NCBI GenBank assembly: GCA_023205875.1
Contig: CP060766.1
Span: 372,001-436,000 of the forward strand
Source: Chloropicon primus
Lineage: Eukaryota
Direction of reading: 5' to 3'
Length of the DNA: 64,000 nucleotides
Of this stretch, positions 1 to 10,754 are shown piece after piece. The notes beneath the pieces are model-generated. The model was given only the letters and a program-made list of their open reading frames with translations. It searched no databases and was not told the origin of the DNA. The position numbers and the translations under genes are program-made. How positions within the stretch are numbered: position 1 is the first letter of the stretch; every line of letters starts with the position of its first letter.

Positions 1-2622
1 AAATGCGGCCAGAGGGCGAGAGTTCACAGCTTCACGCTGGGTGTTCGGGGAAACCTGACCAAGTCCTGCTTCGCGGTCTGGAGGGAGCTCAGAGAAAGGA
101 TGGCTTTCTCCAAGCTAGTCGCGCAGGAAAAGTGCAGGCAGGGCCGGTGGAGGATCAAGCTCAAGCTCTTCTCTCGCTGGAGGATCCAGGTTCTGTCGTG
201 CTCCAGAAACCTGTTGATCAGAAAACTCGAGACGTTCGAGGAGGGACTTGCGGAGGTCGTCGCCCCCCGGGCGGCCTCGCCCATCAAGGCCTCGAGGCGG
301 GCCCAAGCCCAAGCCGCCAGGCTCACGGAGACATCCTTTGGCCGGAACGCCAAAGTGTCGAGCCTTGTGGATTCTCACCAGTGGCACCGCTTCAACAAGG
401 GCTGCCTGATTCGCAGAGCGAGCCATGCCGCGGTCTTCGTGGGCAAGTCAGGCATCGCGCAGACCAGCGGCAAGTACTTGATCTTCGGGGGGCACGATCT
501 GGACACCAGGCAAAACGTTTTCACGATTGTGAGCGTGAATGTGCACTTGGGGGAGGGTGGCGAGCTGAGGTTCCAAGCTGATGTGGATTTCGAAGCGGAC
601 ACCTCCATCGATGGCCCCTGCCCGAGGAGCGACCACTGCATGTGCGAACTGGATTCCAGCAGCGTCATCGTCTTTGGTGGCTTCGACGGGACCAAAGAGC
701 TGGGGGACGTGTACCAGGTCCGATGGTCGAATGAAGACTTTCCCGAGATCCACTGCAGGAGGCTCGTGTCTCACCTGGAGTCCCCCTTGAGGAGATCCCA
801 CCACACGGTCTGCAGGCACGTCAGCAAGGCGGGGAACTCGGTGAAGTTCATCCTCTTCGGGGGCTACAGCAAGAAGAACGGCGGACTGATGAACGATTTG
901 TGGTCTTTCGACCACAAGGACAACTCCTGGACGGAGCTGGACGCCACCGGGGAAGCGCCTTGCCCAAGGCGGGACCACTGCTCGGTGATCATCAACAGCT
1001 CCGAGATGCTCGTGTTCGGGGGGTTTAACGGTTCAGAGAACGTTAACGACTGCCACACCCTGAACTTGCAGACCATGAGGTGGTCCAAGGTGGTCTTCGA
1101 GGGCGAGGTCCCCGGGCCGAGGAGGCAGCACACGGTCGTCCAAGTCGACAAGGACAACGTCGTGGTGTGCGGGGGGTTCGATGGCTCGAGGGTTCTCCAA
1201 GACATTTACGTCCTGAACGTGGGCACCCTGCAGAGCCATCCGATGGGCGCCTTGTTCGAGGGCGGAAGATGCCTCCACTCCTGCGCGTCTCTCGGTGGCA
1301 GCCTCCTGCTTTTCGGCGGCGTGACCAATGCCGGAGAGGCCGAGAACGACCTCCTGCTTCTCGAGCATCTTGGCAGCAGCAGCACCGCTCACCTTCGGAG
1401 CAGGGTGAAGTCCCTGGAGAGCCGAGTGGCGGAGCTGGAAAGGGATCTTGACTCAGAGGTCGCGCACAAGAACGAGATCGTGGTCCACCAGGCGAGAGAG
1501 AAGACGAGAAACAATTTCCTTGAGAATTCTCTCAAAGCTTCCATCCAGCAGCAGAAGGAGGGGCTTCAGTCCTACCGATTGATGAAGGACAAGCTCGCGG
1601 CGAACAGAAAGGAGGAACAGATCCTCCGGCAATCCTGCAAGGACCTGAAACGCCTGCTGGACGAGAAGAGGAGAGAACTGGTCAGCACGAGGAAGGTTGC
1701 ATCCTCCTCCGAGAAGACTTTGAAGAGGCACTACGAGGAGAAAGTCGCGGAGACGAACCACCTTCTGCAACAGATTGCGGAGGCCCAAATCAGGCTGAAC
1801 TCTCAAGACTCGGTTCGAGAGGAGCAGTCCTCCGCTCTCCAAAGGATGTCAAAGGCTCTCGCTTCAGCATCCGAGCAGCTTTTGATCCGGCAGAGGGAGA
1901 AGGAGCTGGTGGAGTTCGAGCTCTCTGACGCCAAAGGCCACGTGGCCCACTTGGAGAAAACATCTTTGAAGCTCGAGCAAGACATCCAGCAGGAGGTCGC
2001 AAGGGCAGCTGAGCTCGAGAAGCAGTCCAAGTCTTCGGAGGCCAGGAAGGAAGAATTGGAGGTGGAGCTGGACGGCCTGAGGCTGCAGGAGCGAATGCGG
2101 CAGGAACTGGAGAGAGCGAAGCGGCCCAAGGATGCCGCCGTGCAATGCTCGCCAACGGAGGGCGGCGGCGTCACCCTTGCCGATGCCGCCGTCCAGAGCG
2201 AGACCTTCGATGCGTTGCGAAGAGCGATAGAGGATGGGCTCAGGGAGGAGGAGCGGGCCACGAGGGAGGCCCAGCTGAAGCGTCAGAGGGAAAACGAGGA
2301 GATCGAGAGGGACATCAAGGGGGACGTGGAGCGCTTGGTCGAGGAAATGTACAAGCTTGGCGTTCAGAACAAATCGTTGGAGGACAAGCTGGAGTTCAGC
2401 GAGGGGAGGAACGAGAACCTGCTGAGGTCGGTGTCCACCCTCGAGGACGAGAACAAGCATCTGGAAGCGAGCTTGAGAGCTCGGGACAACTTGCAGAGGG
2501 AGCAGAACGATTTCATTAAGGCCCTGCAGGAGGCGGCAGAGGAGGAGATCGGCAAGCTGAAGGATGAAATCTGCCGGCTACGAAGCGACAGGTACAAGCA
2601 AGACTTGGAATTAAATACATGA
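1..2622 (+). CDS. 5'-truncated Kelch-repeat beta-propeller protein with long C-terminal coiled coil and N-terminal Sfi1-like W repeats
   Basis: Frame is open from base 1 (KCGQ...FAVWRELRERM). It has about 6 Kelch units (PRSDH..IVFGG, RRSHH..ILFGG, PRRDH..LVFGG, PRRQH..VCGG), then a heptad-rich E/K/Q/L tail. Stop TGA at 2620-2622. Confidence 0.85.
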   Translation, partial: KCGQRARVHSFTLGVRGNLTKSCFAVWRELRERMAFSKLVAQEKCRQGRWRIKLKLFSRWRIQVLSCSRNLLIRKLETFEEGLAEVVAPRAASPIKASRRAQAQAARLTETSFGRNAKVSSLVDSHQWHRFNKGCLIRRASHAAVFVGKSGIAQTSGKYLIFGGHDLDTRQNVFTIVSVNVHLGEGGELRFQADVDFEADTSIDGPCPRSDHCMCELDSSSVIVFGGFDGTKELGDVYQVRWSNEDFPEIHCRRLVSHLESPLRRSHHTVCRHVSKAGNSVKFILFGGYSKKNGGLMNDLWSFDHKDNSWTELDATGEAPCPRRDHCSVIINSSEMLVFGGFNGSENVNDCHTLNLQTMRWSKVVFEGEVPGPRRQHTVVQVDKDNVVVCGGFDGSRVLQDIYVLNVGTLQSHPMGALFEGGRCLHSCASLGGSLLLFGGVTNAGEAENDLLLLEHLGSSSTAHLRSRVKSLESRVAELERDLDSEVAHKNEIVVHQAREKTRNNFLENSLKASIQQQKEGLQSYRLMKDKLAANRKEEQILRQSCKDLKRLLDEKRRELVSTRKVASSSEKTLKRHYEEKVAETNHLLQQIAEAQIRLNSQDSVREEQSSALQRMSKALASASEQLLIRQREKELVEFELSDAKGHVAHLEKTSLKLEQDIQQEVARAAELEKQSKSSEARKEELEVELDGLRLQERMRQELERAKRPKDAAVQCSPTEGGGVTLADAAVQSETFDALRRAIEDGLREEERATREAQLKRQRENEEIERDIKGDVERLVEEMYKLGVQNKSLEDKLEFSEGRNENLLRSVSTLEDENKHLEASLRARDNLQREQNDFIKALQEAAEEEIGKLKDEICRLRSDRYKQDLELNT

Positions 2623-2679
2623 AAAGTAACGAAAGTCAAAAACGCTTATGCATCATAGTTCTTTAGCGCCTGGTCCTGC

Positions 2680-3213
2680 TCACCAGTCATCGTCGTCGAG
2701 CGCGCTGGTTCTTCTTATGATCTTGACGCTCGTTTTCTTCTGTGTCTGCTCGTTCACTTGAGTCAGGAGCGTGATGAGCCTGTCCTCCGTGACCTTCTCT
2801 CCAATCGCACCCCTCTGAGCCGCCGCAAGGAGCATGTTCTCGATCCCCATGGCCTTCTCGGGTTTCACCAGCCTCACTCGATTCAGCCTCTCCCTCGCGT
2901 CAGGCGTGAGAATGCGAACCAACATTTCTTGCCTCTGCTCCTCCGCAGCCTGCCTCTGCTCCGCTTGCTGCTGCGCTTGCTCCATGTTCTGGGGCATCCC
3001 TCCTGCACCGCCTGAGCCAGAACCAGAACCAAAACATTGTTGATGACGGTTGAATGATGATGATGATGATGATGGTTAGTTCCACGACGATCAGGACTTC
3101 TCATCAAAGATGGAGCGCACGAAAGTCTCGAAGTGTCACTCACCTCCCTGCTGCGCCATAATCTCCTGCATGCGCCTCTGCCTGATCGCCTGAAGTTCCG
3201 GATCGTCGGCCAT
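2680..3213 (-). CDS. PDCD5: Programmed cell death 5 / dsDNA-binding protein, 2 exons (3213-3144, ~3011 or 3002-2680)
   Basis: Exon1 MADDPELQAIRQRRMQEI. GTGAG donor at 3143; two in-frame CAG acceptors. Exon2 ILTPDARERLNRVRLVKPEKA...RRTSALDDDDW is typical of PDCD5. Confidence 0.92.
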
Positions 3214-3300
3214 CGTCCCTAATTCCCTTCCGTTGCCTTCGGTTCTCCTCCTTCCACTCGATCCCTTTGAAAGACAAACAGGCAAACAAACAGGCAAACA

Positions 3301-3366
3301 ATTTCAGTCAGAACGTCATTCCTTTCAAGTGAGAGCTCATTCGAAAGATCGTGACACGACGCTTCC
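3301..3366 (-). repeat. Reverse copy of the dispersed element upstream of PDCD5
   Basis: Reverse complement GGAAGCGTCGTGTCACGATCTTTCGAATGAGCTCTCACTTGAAAGGAATGAC aligns to the core. Confidence 0.72.
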
Positions 3367-3479
3367 GTCGATATCTTCCCCTTCCCCTCGAGCCCTCCCC
3401 TTCCTCCCTCACTTTGCTTTCAAAAGACGCACCTTCGTCGAGCTCCTCCTCTCTCTCTCTCTCGTTTGAACTGAAAGCC

Positions 3480-3514
<35 letters not shown>

Positions 3515-3888
3515 TGGGCGGAGTGGAGCGCAAAGGTGGGCGGATTGTGCCAAGGGGAGGGGAGAAGGACGAGTTTTGTCTAGAGATCGGGAAAGATTGT
3601 CTCACGCTCTTTCGAATGGTTACTTGGTTGCCTGTGTTTCTCTTGATTTCGTGACGGAAACGAGTTGTCATTGCATGGAGAGGCCAGGAGGCAGGAGGGA
3701 GAGAGAGGGAGTTGTTGCCAACGGGAGGTGAGGTCGTAGAGGAAGAGGGCGTGGGGAAGGGTCAAGGTGGACCACATTGGTTTGATGTACCACGGATTCG
3801 ACGGCGATGTTCTCGTAGTCGTTCTGGTTCCGTAACTCTTCACGACAAAGGATTTGGCGTGGCATTGAAGGAGGAGAGAGGAGACACA

Positions 3889-5104
3889 ATGGCGGGACTC
3901 GACCACTTCACGAGGCGAAGTTTGGTCGAGACGGATTCGAGCTCAGGTGTTGAACGGGTTCTGAGTGGTTCTGCTGGGTCGTATTGGGCGGCCTCGAGGT
4001 GCGCTTTGAGTAAACAAGGGAAAACAGAAGCCGGGAGGGCATACTTCGCAGTGGGGAATGGTGTGTACGGCTTGCTCTTGGAGCAAAGTGGGCGAGAAGT
4101 GAAGGGGGACAAATTCGTGGTGGGTAAAGAGGACGTCGTACTTCCCTTCCAGGCACCTCAGCCCGTCAAGGTTTCCCCTTTGACGGCATTTGCACACAGA
4201 TTTGAGGTGCAGAGCGTGACCTGCTGGGGCGGCGAGGGCGAGAGCGAAACCGAGTTTGTCGCTTCCGTGGACAGCGCGGGTTGCCTGTGCGTGTGCGAAT
4301 TTCGCCAAGAGGGAGGTCGGGCAAGTGGAACAGGGGGGGCATCAGCTGGAGCGACCTTGTGCCCGGAGAGGTCATATCAAGCGAAGCCGACTTCGGCCAC
4401 CACGATGGAAGTGGGATGGTCAGGTAAGTGGCCAAAACAAGAAGCACGAAGTTGAGGAGCCCTGACGTGTTTTTTTGCATCTTCTGGTGTCCTTAGGCGT
4501 CTCGCTAGGAATGAAGCAGCCCACGAAAGCTGTAGTCGCAAGGCATTTTGCGAAGGACCTGACCTTGTTCGACGGTGATTTGCTTATCAGGAGCGTGAAC
4601 ACACTGCAGAATCCAACGGCGATTGAGCTTCTGGGGGAGGAAGGCGTCTATGCCGTTGCAGAGAGAAGCAAAATAGGTATTTACGACTTTCGAGCGGGGG
4701 AGAGGCAAGGGATGATGCACTGCCTGCCCGTGAACGGTGGAATCGTAACTTGCTTGGCGATCGGCGGCTCCTTGGTGGCTTCGGGAATCGGCAGGACTGC
4801 GGCCATATGGGATGTCAGAAAGTGGAGAACAAACAAGGGGCGGACAGAGCTGGCTCGCGTCCGTGGCCTGAGGTCCGAGTGCTGCGGCGCGAGGTTCCTG
4901 GAAGCAAAGCAGCAGCAGCTTTGCATCACGGGCATCAACGGGGAGGTCAAGGTGACCGATGGCGAGGGGAAGAAGGACACGTTCAACCTGAAGGGAGACT
5001 CTCGTTGGATCGGCGTGGGATCGACGGGAGGCACCTTTGCAGGTCTGACGGCTTCCGGAGGCCTTTATTCCTTCTCAGTCTCGCAAGACGCGCTGTTCGC
5101 TTGA
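3889..5104 (+). CDS. WD40/beta-propeller-like protein, 2 exons (intron 4424-4496)
   Basis: Two ORFs are joined by a GTAAGT...CTGAC...TTAG intron. WD-like motifs IGIYDFR, AAIWDVR, VASVDSAG. Confidence 0.7.
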
Positions 5105-5235
5105 ATTCAGAGATTAAATGGAAATACACCCATAGAACAATTATTATTTTTCCCTGGCGCCAGAACGAGGCAGGCTCGTCGTCGTCGATTCAGCCCGATG
5201 CCGTGTGCAGCCCAGCTCTCACGACACTTTAGGCC

Positions 5236-6018
5236 TTAATCCAATCCAGAGACCAAAGGTGGCACGTAATCCCTGTTCTTCGCGACTTGGGTGGCGTCCG
5301 GGTTCTGCAGGAGGTAAAGAATATCGTCAAAGTGGTTCTTCTGCGCCAGCTCGAAGCAGTTGACCCCGTCAAAGTTCTTGACGTTTGGATTGGCTCCGTA
5401 AGCCAGCAGCAGCTTGACCACATCGCTATGCCTGTGCTTCACAGCCTGGTGCAAGCAAGTCGACCCAGTAGTATTCGTCTGAACTCTGGAGCTGGCTCCG
5501 TTGTCGAGGAGGTACTTGACCGCGTCGTAGCAGCCATATCGCGCTGCCTCGATCAGAGGAGTCCTTCCAACGTTGTCCTTCGCATCGATAGTGGGCCTCT
5601 TGGTCTTGAACAGCTTCTCGGTGAACGTGGGTTGGTCCTGCAAGGGGGGGAGGGAAACAGCAACACACACAAGCAAGAGCAAGAGCAAGAGAGAGAGAGA
5701 GAGGGAGAGGGAGGCACACACACACACACACACACGCACGCACGCACGCACGCACGCGCACGCAAAGAACAAAGTCAGGTCCAGGACTCTCGAGCAAACC
5801 CACACAGGACACCTAAGGGTGCCTCTGAACTCCCTCCTCCTTGCACTCCCCAGGGACCAGAACAAGGGTCAAGACCAAGGCCTGTCTAGGTCCCAAAACC
5901 TGGAAACTTGTTGAGAGGTGGAAGCAGCTGGGCAACTTACATAGAGGACGCTCCTCATTTTCGACACGTTGTTGTCTCTGGCCGCTTGGTGAAGGACAGT
6001 TGTCTGCGGTGGCGCCAT
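5236..6018 (-). CDS. Small ankyrin-repeat protein, 2 exons (6018-5941, 5637-5236)
   Basis: Exon1 MAPPQTTVLHQAARDNNVSKMRSVLY. GTAAGT donor 5940, CAG acceptor 5638. Ankyrin motifs GRTPLIEAARYG, GSTCLHQAVKH, LLLAYGANPNVKN. Confidence 0.85.
5690..5764. repeat. Compound microsatellite (GA)n-(CA)n-(CACG)n in the ankyrin gene intron
   Basis: Directly visible. Similar (GA)n/(CT)n tracts at 3484, 26062, 46222 and 48010. Confidence 0.9.
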
Positions 6019-6667
6019 CTTGGGACTCCAATCCAATTGGTTCTCTCAAGCCAGTCCTGGTTGCCTAGGTTCTCTGACCTCCATTGAGAGAGAGAAAAAG
6101 GGGAAAGAGGCAGAAAGAAGAGGGGAGAGAGAGGGGAGATGGAACAAAACTAGAATCGAAGAAGTATGCCATGAGTTGAGCACTGCACTACATGGTGGTC
6201 TCAGACCATTGGACACAACCAACAAAAAAACAGAGCAAAACCTTATAGGAAGTCGAAGAACGAGACGAGATGCGATATCCCATGGAAAAGTACCGTCTTA
6301 TAACGATTATGTACACTATTGTAACATCTTTTACACTATAGTATAGTAAGGAAATGTCTGGAAATATCCGCGCTGCTTGAAGGGGAAAATTGACAGAGAA
6401 CCAGGGACAGAAGGCCAAGGCCAAGGTTGGCGAACTTTGTGCGGTGCATCGCGACTTTTGAGGCGTCCCCTTGGTCTCCTGACGTTCTCCCTGTCGAGGA
6501 TTATCCCTCACTTGAGTCCCTTGATCGTCCTTCTCGTCCTCCTCGTTGTCCAAGGCCAACCACAAGGGAAGGTGACTGGTGTTGGCCCAGAGGGAGGAGA
6601 CTGGGACTAGTTTTTAGCCTCTGTGAGCTGAGGAGGGAACCCGGCACGTCTCAAGGGCACACGAAGG

Positions 6668-7984
6668 ATGGCGACCAGGAGGGCAGGAAAGATCGATACT
6701 GCTGCCGGATTTGTGGAGAAGGACATCGAGAGCCTCAAAGATGTGAACGACAAGAGCAAACCTTCGACGAGACGGTTGAGGTATACTCACGTTCTCCTGC
6801 TTGTTGCCCTTTTGGTCATGTCCCTGGACGCTTACCTGCAATTCCACGAGAGGAGCGAGGGCAAGATCCTTCCCGTGAGCGCACAGCCTGCCCCGGATAA
6901 TGCTGGAATGGGGCCTGAGCCCGTTGCTGCACCACAAGTGCCAGAGGAGTCACCGAGTGCTCAGGGGTCGTCTCACTCAGCAGCAGGCAAGGGGTACCCA
7001 AGGGGGAGGGGTGACCGAACGGGGTCTCGCAAGCAAGGGGCTAGCCGAAGGGGTGGGACTGGGATCGACCGTGCGGGTCAGGTGCAGGTGAACGGCACCG
7101 CTCCGGCTGACCAAGCGGGAAGCCAGGAGGATATCAATAAAGTGGCGGAGGCTCTCCTCGCGGAGCTGAGGTTCACGCCGACCTTCTGCAGTCACCAGGA
7201 GCAGAACATCAGCTCGAAGATCTTCATGACGCGAAGCAGCGTAGACCACGCGAACAACGTGAACTTCGACAAGCCGGGGGACCAGGGGCACGGCCACGTC
7301 GTCTTGGATCCAAACTTTGCCAAGCTCTTGCCTCGCGCCAACTTCCTCTTGAAGCAAGGCAAGGGCGTGTGCCACAAGACTTGTGCCATTGTCGGCAACT
7401 CGGGCACGATGGCGCACAAGACGCAGGGCGAGGAAATCGATTCCCACGAGGCCGTGTTGCGGATCAACTACGCTCCTACTCGAAGGTTTGAGAAGAACGT
7501 CGGGAGCAAGACGACGTACGATTTTTCCAACAGGGAGAACGCCAAGCGCATGCTTCGTCCCCGCATGCGGTTCAGGCAGCCCAAAACCAAGATCATCTTC
7601 TTTGAGGGCTCGTCTCCCGTCAACCGTCGGACCATCTTTGGCCCCCTGCTGAAGAGGCACCCGGAGCAAGAGATCGATTTCCTTCACCCGCAGTTCGTGA
7701 ACAACGCGCAGAGCCTGTGGTTCAAGATCAAGAAGGAGATGGAAGTGCGCAAAGGTGTGCAGTACCACAACAAGCCGATGAGCGGGATCTACGCCGTGCT
7801 GTTCATGCTGCAAATTTGCGAAAGCGTGGACATGTACGGCTTCGAGGCTTACACCAAGCCGTCAAGGAACTCGCCTTACCACTACTTTGATGCAGTAAAG
7901 GGCGTCACCAGCGTTCACTCGTTTGACTTTGCGATTGACGTGTTCAAGGCGATTGGAAACGTGCTGCAGCTTTCTCTGAAGTGA
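6668..7984 (+). CDS. GT29 sialyltransferase-like glycosyltransferase, type II membrane
   Basis: N-terminal TM, then sialylmotif L (CAIVGNSG..IDSHEAVLRINYAP..VGSKTT), motif S (PMSGIYAVLFMLQICESVDMYGF), motif III (YHYFD) and VS (HSF). Confidence 0.9.
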   Translation: MATRRAGKIDTAAGFVEKDIESLKDVNDKSKPSTRRLRYTHVLLLVALLVMSLDAYLQFHERSEGKILPVSAQPAPDNAGMGPEPVAAPQVPEESPSAQGSSHSAAGKGYPRGRGDRTGSRKQGASRRGGTGIDRAGQVQVNGTAPADQAGSQEDINKVAEALLAELRFTPTFCSHQEQNISSKIFMTRSSVDHANNVNFDKPGDQGHGHVVLDPNFAKLLPRANFLLKQGKGVCHKTCAIVGNSGTMAHKTQGEEIDSHEAVLRINYAPTRRFEKNVGSKTTYDFSNRENAKRMLRPRMRFRQPKTKIIFFEGSSPVNRRTIFGPLLKRHPEQEIDFLHPQFVNNAQSLWFKIKKEMEVRKGVQYHNKPMSGIYAVLFMLQICESVDMYGFEAYTKPSRNSPYHYFDAVKGVTSVHSFDFAIDVFKAIGNVLQLSLK

Positions 7985-8110
7985 AGAGAGCGACTTCCAA
8001 GAAAAAAGGATCCAACTTTTCGTGTACTATTATTATTAAAGAAGAAATAATTTGTTGGTGTTGATTGTACAATACAGAATTTTTTGTCCAGCTCCTTTCC
8101 ATCCGATGAT

Positions 8111-9724
8111 TCACCCGTACTGAAAGTGAAAGTGCTGGCGCCCTCCTCCCCCCTGGAAAGGGTTTTGATGAAAATGAAACTGCTGGCCTCCGCCAAAACC
8201 ACCACCGTGCTGGAAGCCAAAGTTGCTCCTCGCCCTCGCATTCGGGTCGTTCGGGTCCTCCCCCAAGTCGTACAGCTGCTTCTTCTCCGGGTCCGTGAGC
8301 ACCTCGTAAGCCTCGGCGACGTCCTGGAACATCTTCTCCGCCTCCTCCCTGTTCGTAGGATTCTTGTCCGGGTGCCACTTCCTCGCCAACTTCTTGTAGG
8401 CCTTCTTGATGTCAGCCTCCTCGGCCTCCTTGGGCACCTCGAGGATCTTGTAATAGTTCTTCCGCGACGCCATCTTTCTCATCTTCTGCACCTGCTGGAT
8501 GATGGAGTGAGCCTTTTGGTTGTTTTGCTGTATGTTCAAGATGCGCCTCGCCTCGTTCTCCGCTTCGTCGAGCTGGTCCAGCCTCAGGTAACTTTCAGCC
8601 CTCGCCGCCAGCAAGGCCACGTCGTCCTCCCCAATCATGCTCAGTCCCTTCGAGCACCACTCCACTGCGCTCGACCACTTCTCCACCTGGTGGTACGAGG
8701 TGCACAGAATCCGGATCGTGGAAGTCTCGATCTCCCTGTTGTTCAGGTCCTCGAGCTCGGCAAGCTTTTTGTACTCTGCCAGAGACTGTCTCAGCTTATT
8801 CTCCTGTGCCAGCTTGTCTGCCTTTGCCTTCAATTTGCCGACCTTCTTCACCAGCTTGTACAAGTCTCCCGCTTCCTTGTCCTCCGGAAAGGTTCTGAAA
8901 ATCTGAGCGATGGTCTGCTTGCAAGCGTCGAGCATTCCCTCCTGGTAGTGAGCGTCCGCCCGCATCATCAGGGACTCCTTGTGCGATCGCCTGTACTTGA
9001 GGACCTCGTTCGTGTACCTTATCACCTCCGGCCAGTCCCTCTGCATCTGATTCACTCTGGCTTGCATGACTTGGGCCTTGGTGCAGAAAGCCGTGTCCCT
9101 GAAGATGTTGTCAAAGTACTGCTTGGACATCTCCACGGAGTTCTCGTCCAGCTTCTGCCCTTTGACCTCAAAGAGCTTGTCCAGAGCCACCAGGTTTAGT
9201 CTTAGTGTCTCCAGGAGGTCTCTCTCTTTCAGCGCCGTCTTGTGATTCTCCTTGAGCTGCAACACCGCTTCGACGTCTTCCCTCGCCTCCTCCAGCTCGC
9301 ACAAGGACCGCCGGAGTTGGGCCCGCTTCAGCAAAGCCTGCTTCGACTTGGCGCTCGCGCTTATCGCGGCGTCCAAGTTACGCATCGCCTCGTCAACTTT
9401 CTTCGCCTTCACGTACGCCGCGGAACGCTTGATCAGGGCCATCTCGCTCCTCGGTGCTTCCTTCAAGATAGCCTTGTACACAGCAATAGCCTCGCCGTAC
9501 GCCTTCCGAACCAGGAGGGCGTCCCCCTTCTTAAACATATCTCCCAGGTCCAGCTTCCCGTCCCCTTCTCCGTCCGGGACCGCCTCGCCTGATCCAGCAC
9601 CTTGACCCTCCGCATCCCCTTGACCGCACTGCTCCACTTCCTCTTGACACCAACACGGCCCCGCCCTCGCACTCACCAGCACGAGGAAAGCCACCACGAG
9701 AGCCACTGACCTGCATCGAAGCAT
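8111..9724 (-). CDS. DNAJC3: ER TPR + J-domain co-chaperone (P58IPK/DNAJC3-like)
   Basis: Signal peptide, TPR helices, J-domain NYYKILEV...WHPDKN...[13 protein letters not shown], and a G/F-rich tail. Confidence 0.88.
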   Translation of the reverse strand: MLRCRSVALVVAFLVLVSARAGPCWCQEEVEQCGQGDAEGQGAGSGEAVPDGEGDGKLDLGDMFKKGDALLVRKAYGEAIAVYKAILKEAPRSEMALIKRSAAYVKAKKVDEAMRNLDAAISASAKSKQALLKRAQLRRSLCELEEAREDVEAVLQLKENHKTALKERDLLETLRLNLVALDKLFEVKGQKLDENSVEMSKQYFDNIFRDTAFCTKAQVMQARVNQMQRDWPEVIRYTNEVLKYRRSHKESLMMRADAHYQEGMLDACKQTIAQIFRTFPEDKEAGDLYKLVKKVGKLKAKADKLAQENKLRQSLAEYKKLAELEDLNNREIETSTIRILCTSYHQVEKWSSAVEWCSKGLSMIGEDDVALLAARAESYLRLDQLDEAENEARRILNIQQNNQKAHSIIQQVQKMRKMASRKNYYKILEVPKEAEEADIKKAYKKLARKWHPDKNPTNREEAEKMFQDVAEAYEVLTDPEKKQLYDLGEDPNDPNARARSNFGFQHGGGFGGGQQFHFHQNPFQGGGGRQHFHFQYG

Positions 9725-10233
9725 GATGATGATGATGATGATGGAATTAAATCCGAACGAACGAACGAACGAACGAATGAATGGACGAAGGAGGCCAACG
9801 AATCGGAATGGAGCCTCGTCGTATCACCCCCCTGCTCCACCTCTGTCCTCCCTCGAAGCCAAGCCTTTGCTGAGCATCAACAACAACAACAGCAACAACA
9901 ACAACGTGATGGGCAAAAGTCAATCCTTCATTCCTTTTTCATTCCATCCTCTAGACGTAACCATTTCTCACGAGGTTGGTCTCATTCGAAAGAGAAGGAG
10001 ATGAATATTGTTGTGACGATGTTCTCGTCCCCTTCCGTTCCCCTCCTCTCACTCCCTCGCCGCTGTTCCAACGCACTCACCTCTCTTCGCCCCGATCGAG
10101 CCCTTCAGCCCACCATTTACGAACTCAAATTGGAAGACAGATCGGGCGAACGAGAGAGAGAGAGAGAGAGGAGAAGGAAGCGGCAGAGGAGGACCGTGTA
10201 AGGGACTAGAACGGGACGAGGACGGAACATTAA

Positions 10234-10480
10234 GAAGCGTCTGGTCTTGATCTTTCGAAAGAGCCGTCGCTCGAAGGAAACGGTGCTCTGGTGAGGATTG
10301 GAGGAAGAGAAACGTGAGAGAGGTCAAGGCAGACAGAGAGGGGGATCACCGAGGAGAGGAGGCGACGAGGAGGACGCGAGTTGGCGCTGGAGGTCCAGAT
10401 AGTGGCAGACTAAAGGAAGCGTGTCGTCTTGATCTTTCGAAAGAGCCATCGCTCGAAGGAAACGACCCGGTGGTGAGGAT
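10234..10480 (+). repeat. Two tandem copies (offset 182) of the dispersed palindrome element
   Basis: GAAGCGT..TCTTGATCTTTCGAAAGAGCCRTCGCTCGAAGGAAACG..TGGTGAGGAT at 10234 and 10416. Confidence 0.88.
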
Positions 10481-10754
10481 TTGAGGAGCGCGAAGACGAG
10501 AGAGGCTAGAGAGGCCCAGAGAGGCAGAGAGGCAGAGAGAGAGAAAGCGTGAGGGACGGAGGAGAGGGTTGCAGTCGGAAGGATCTGTCTCTTCCTCTTT
10601 CCTCATTCGTTCGACTCCTCGCTGAACGGATTCATCGCCAAATCAAAATCCAAGCGACAGGGACAGAGAGGCAAAGGGATCCCTTTGACGAGAGCAACAT
10701 CAACATCATCGTCGTCGTCGTCGTCGTCATCGTCGTCGTCTCGTCGTTGTTGTG

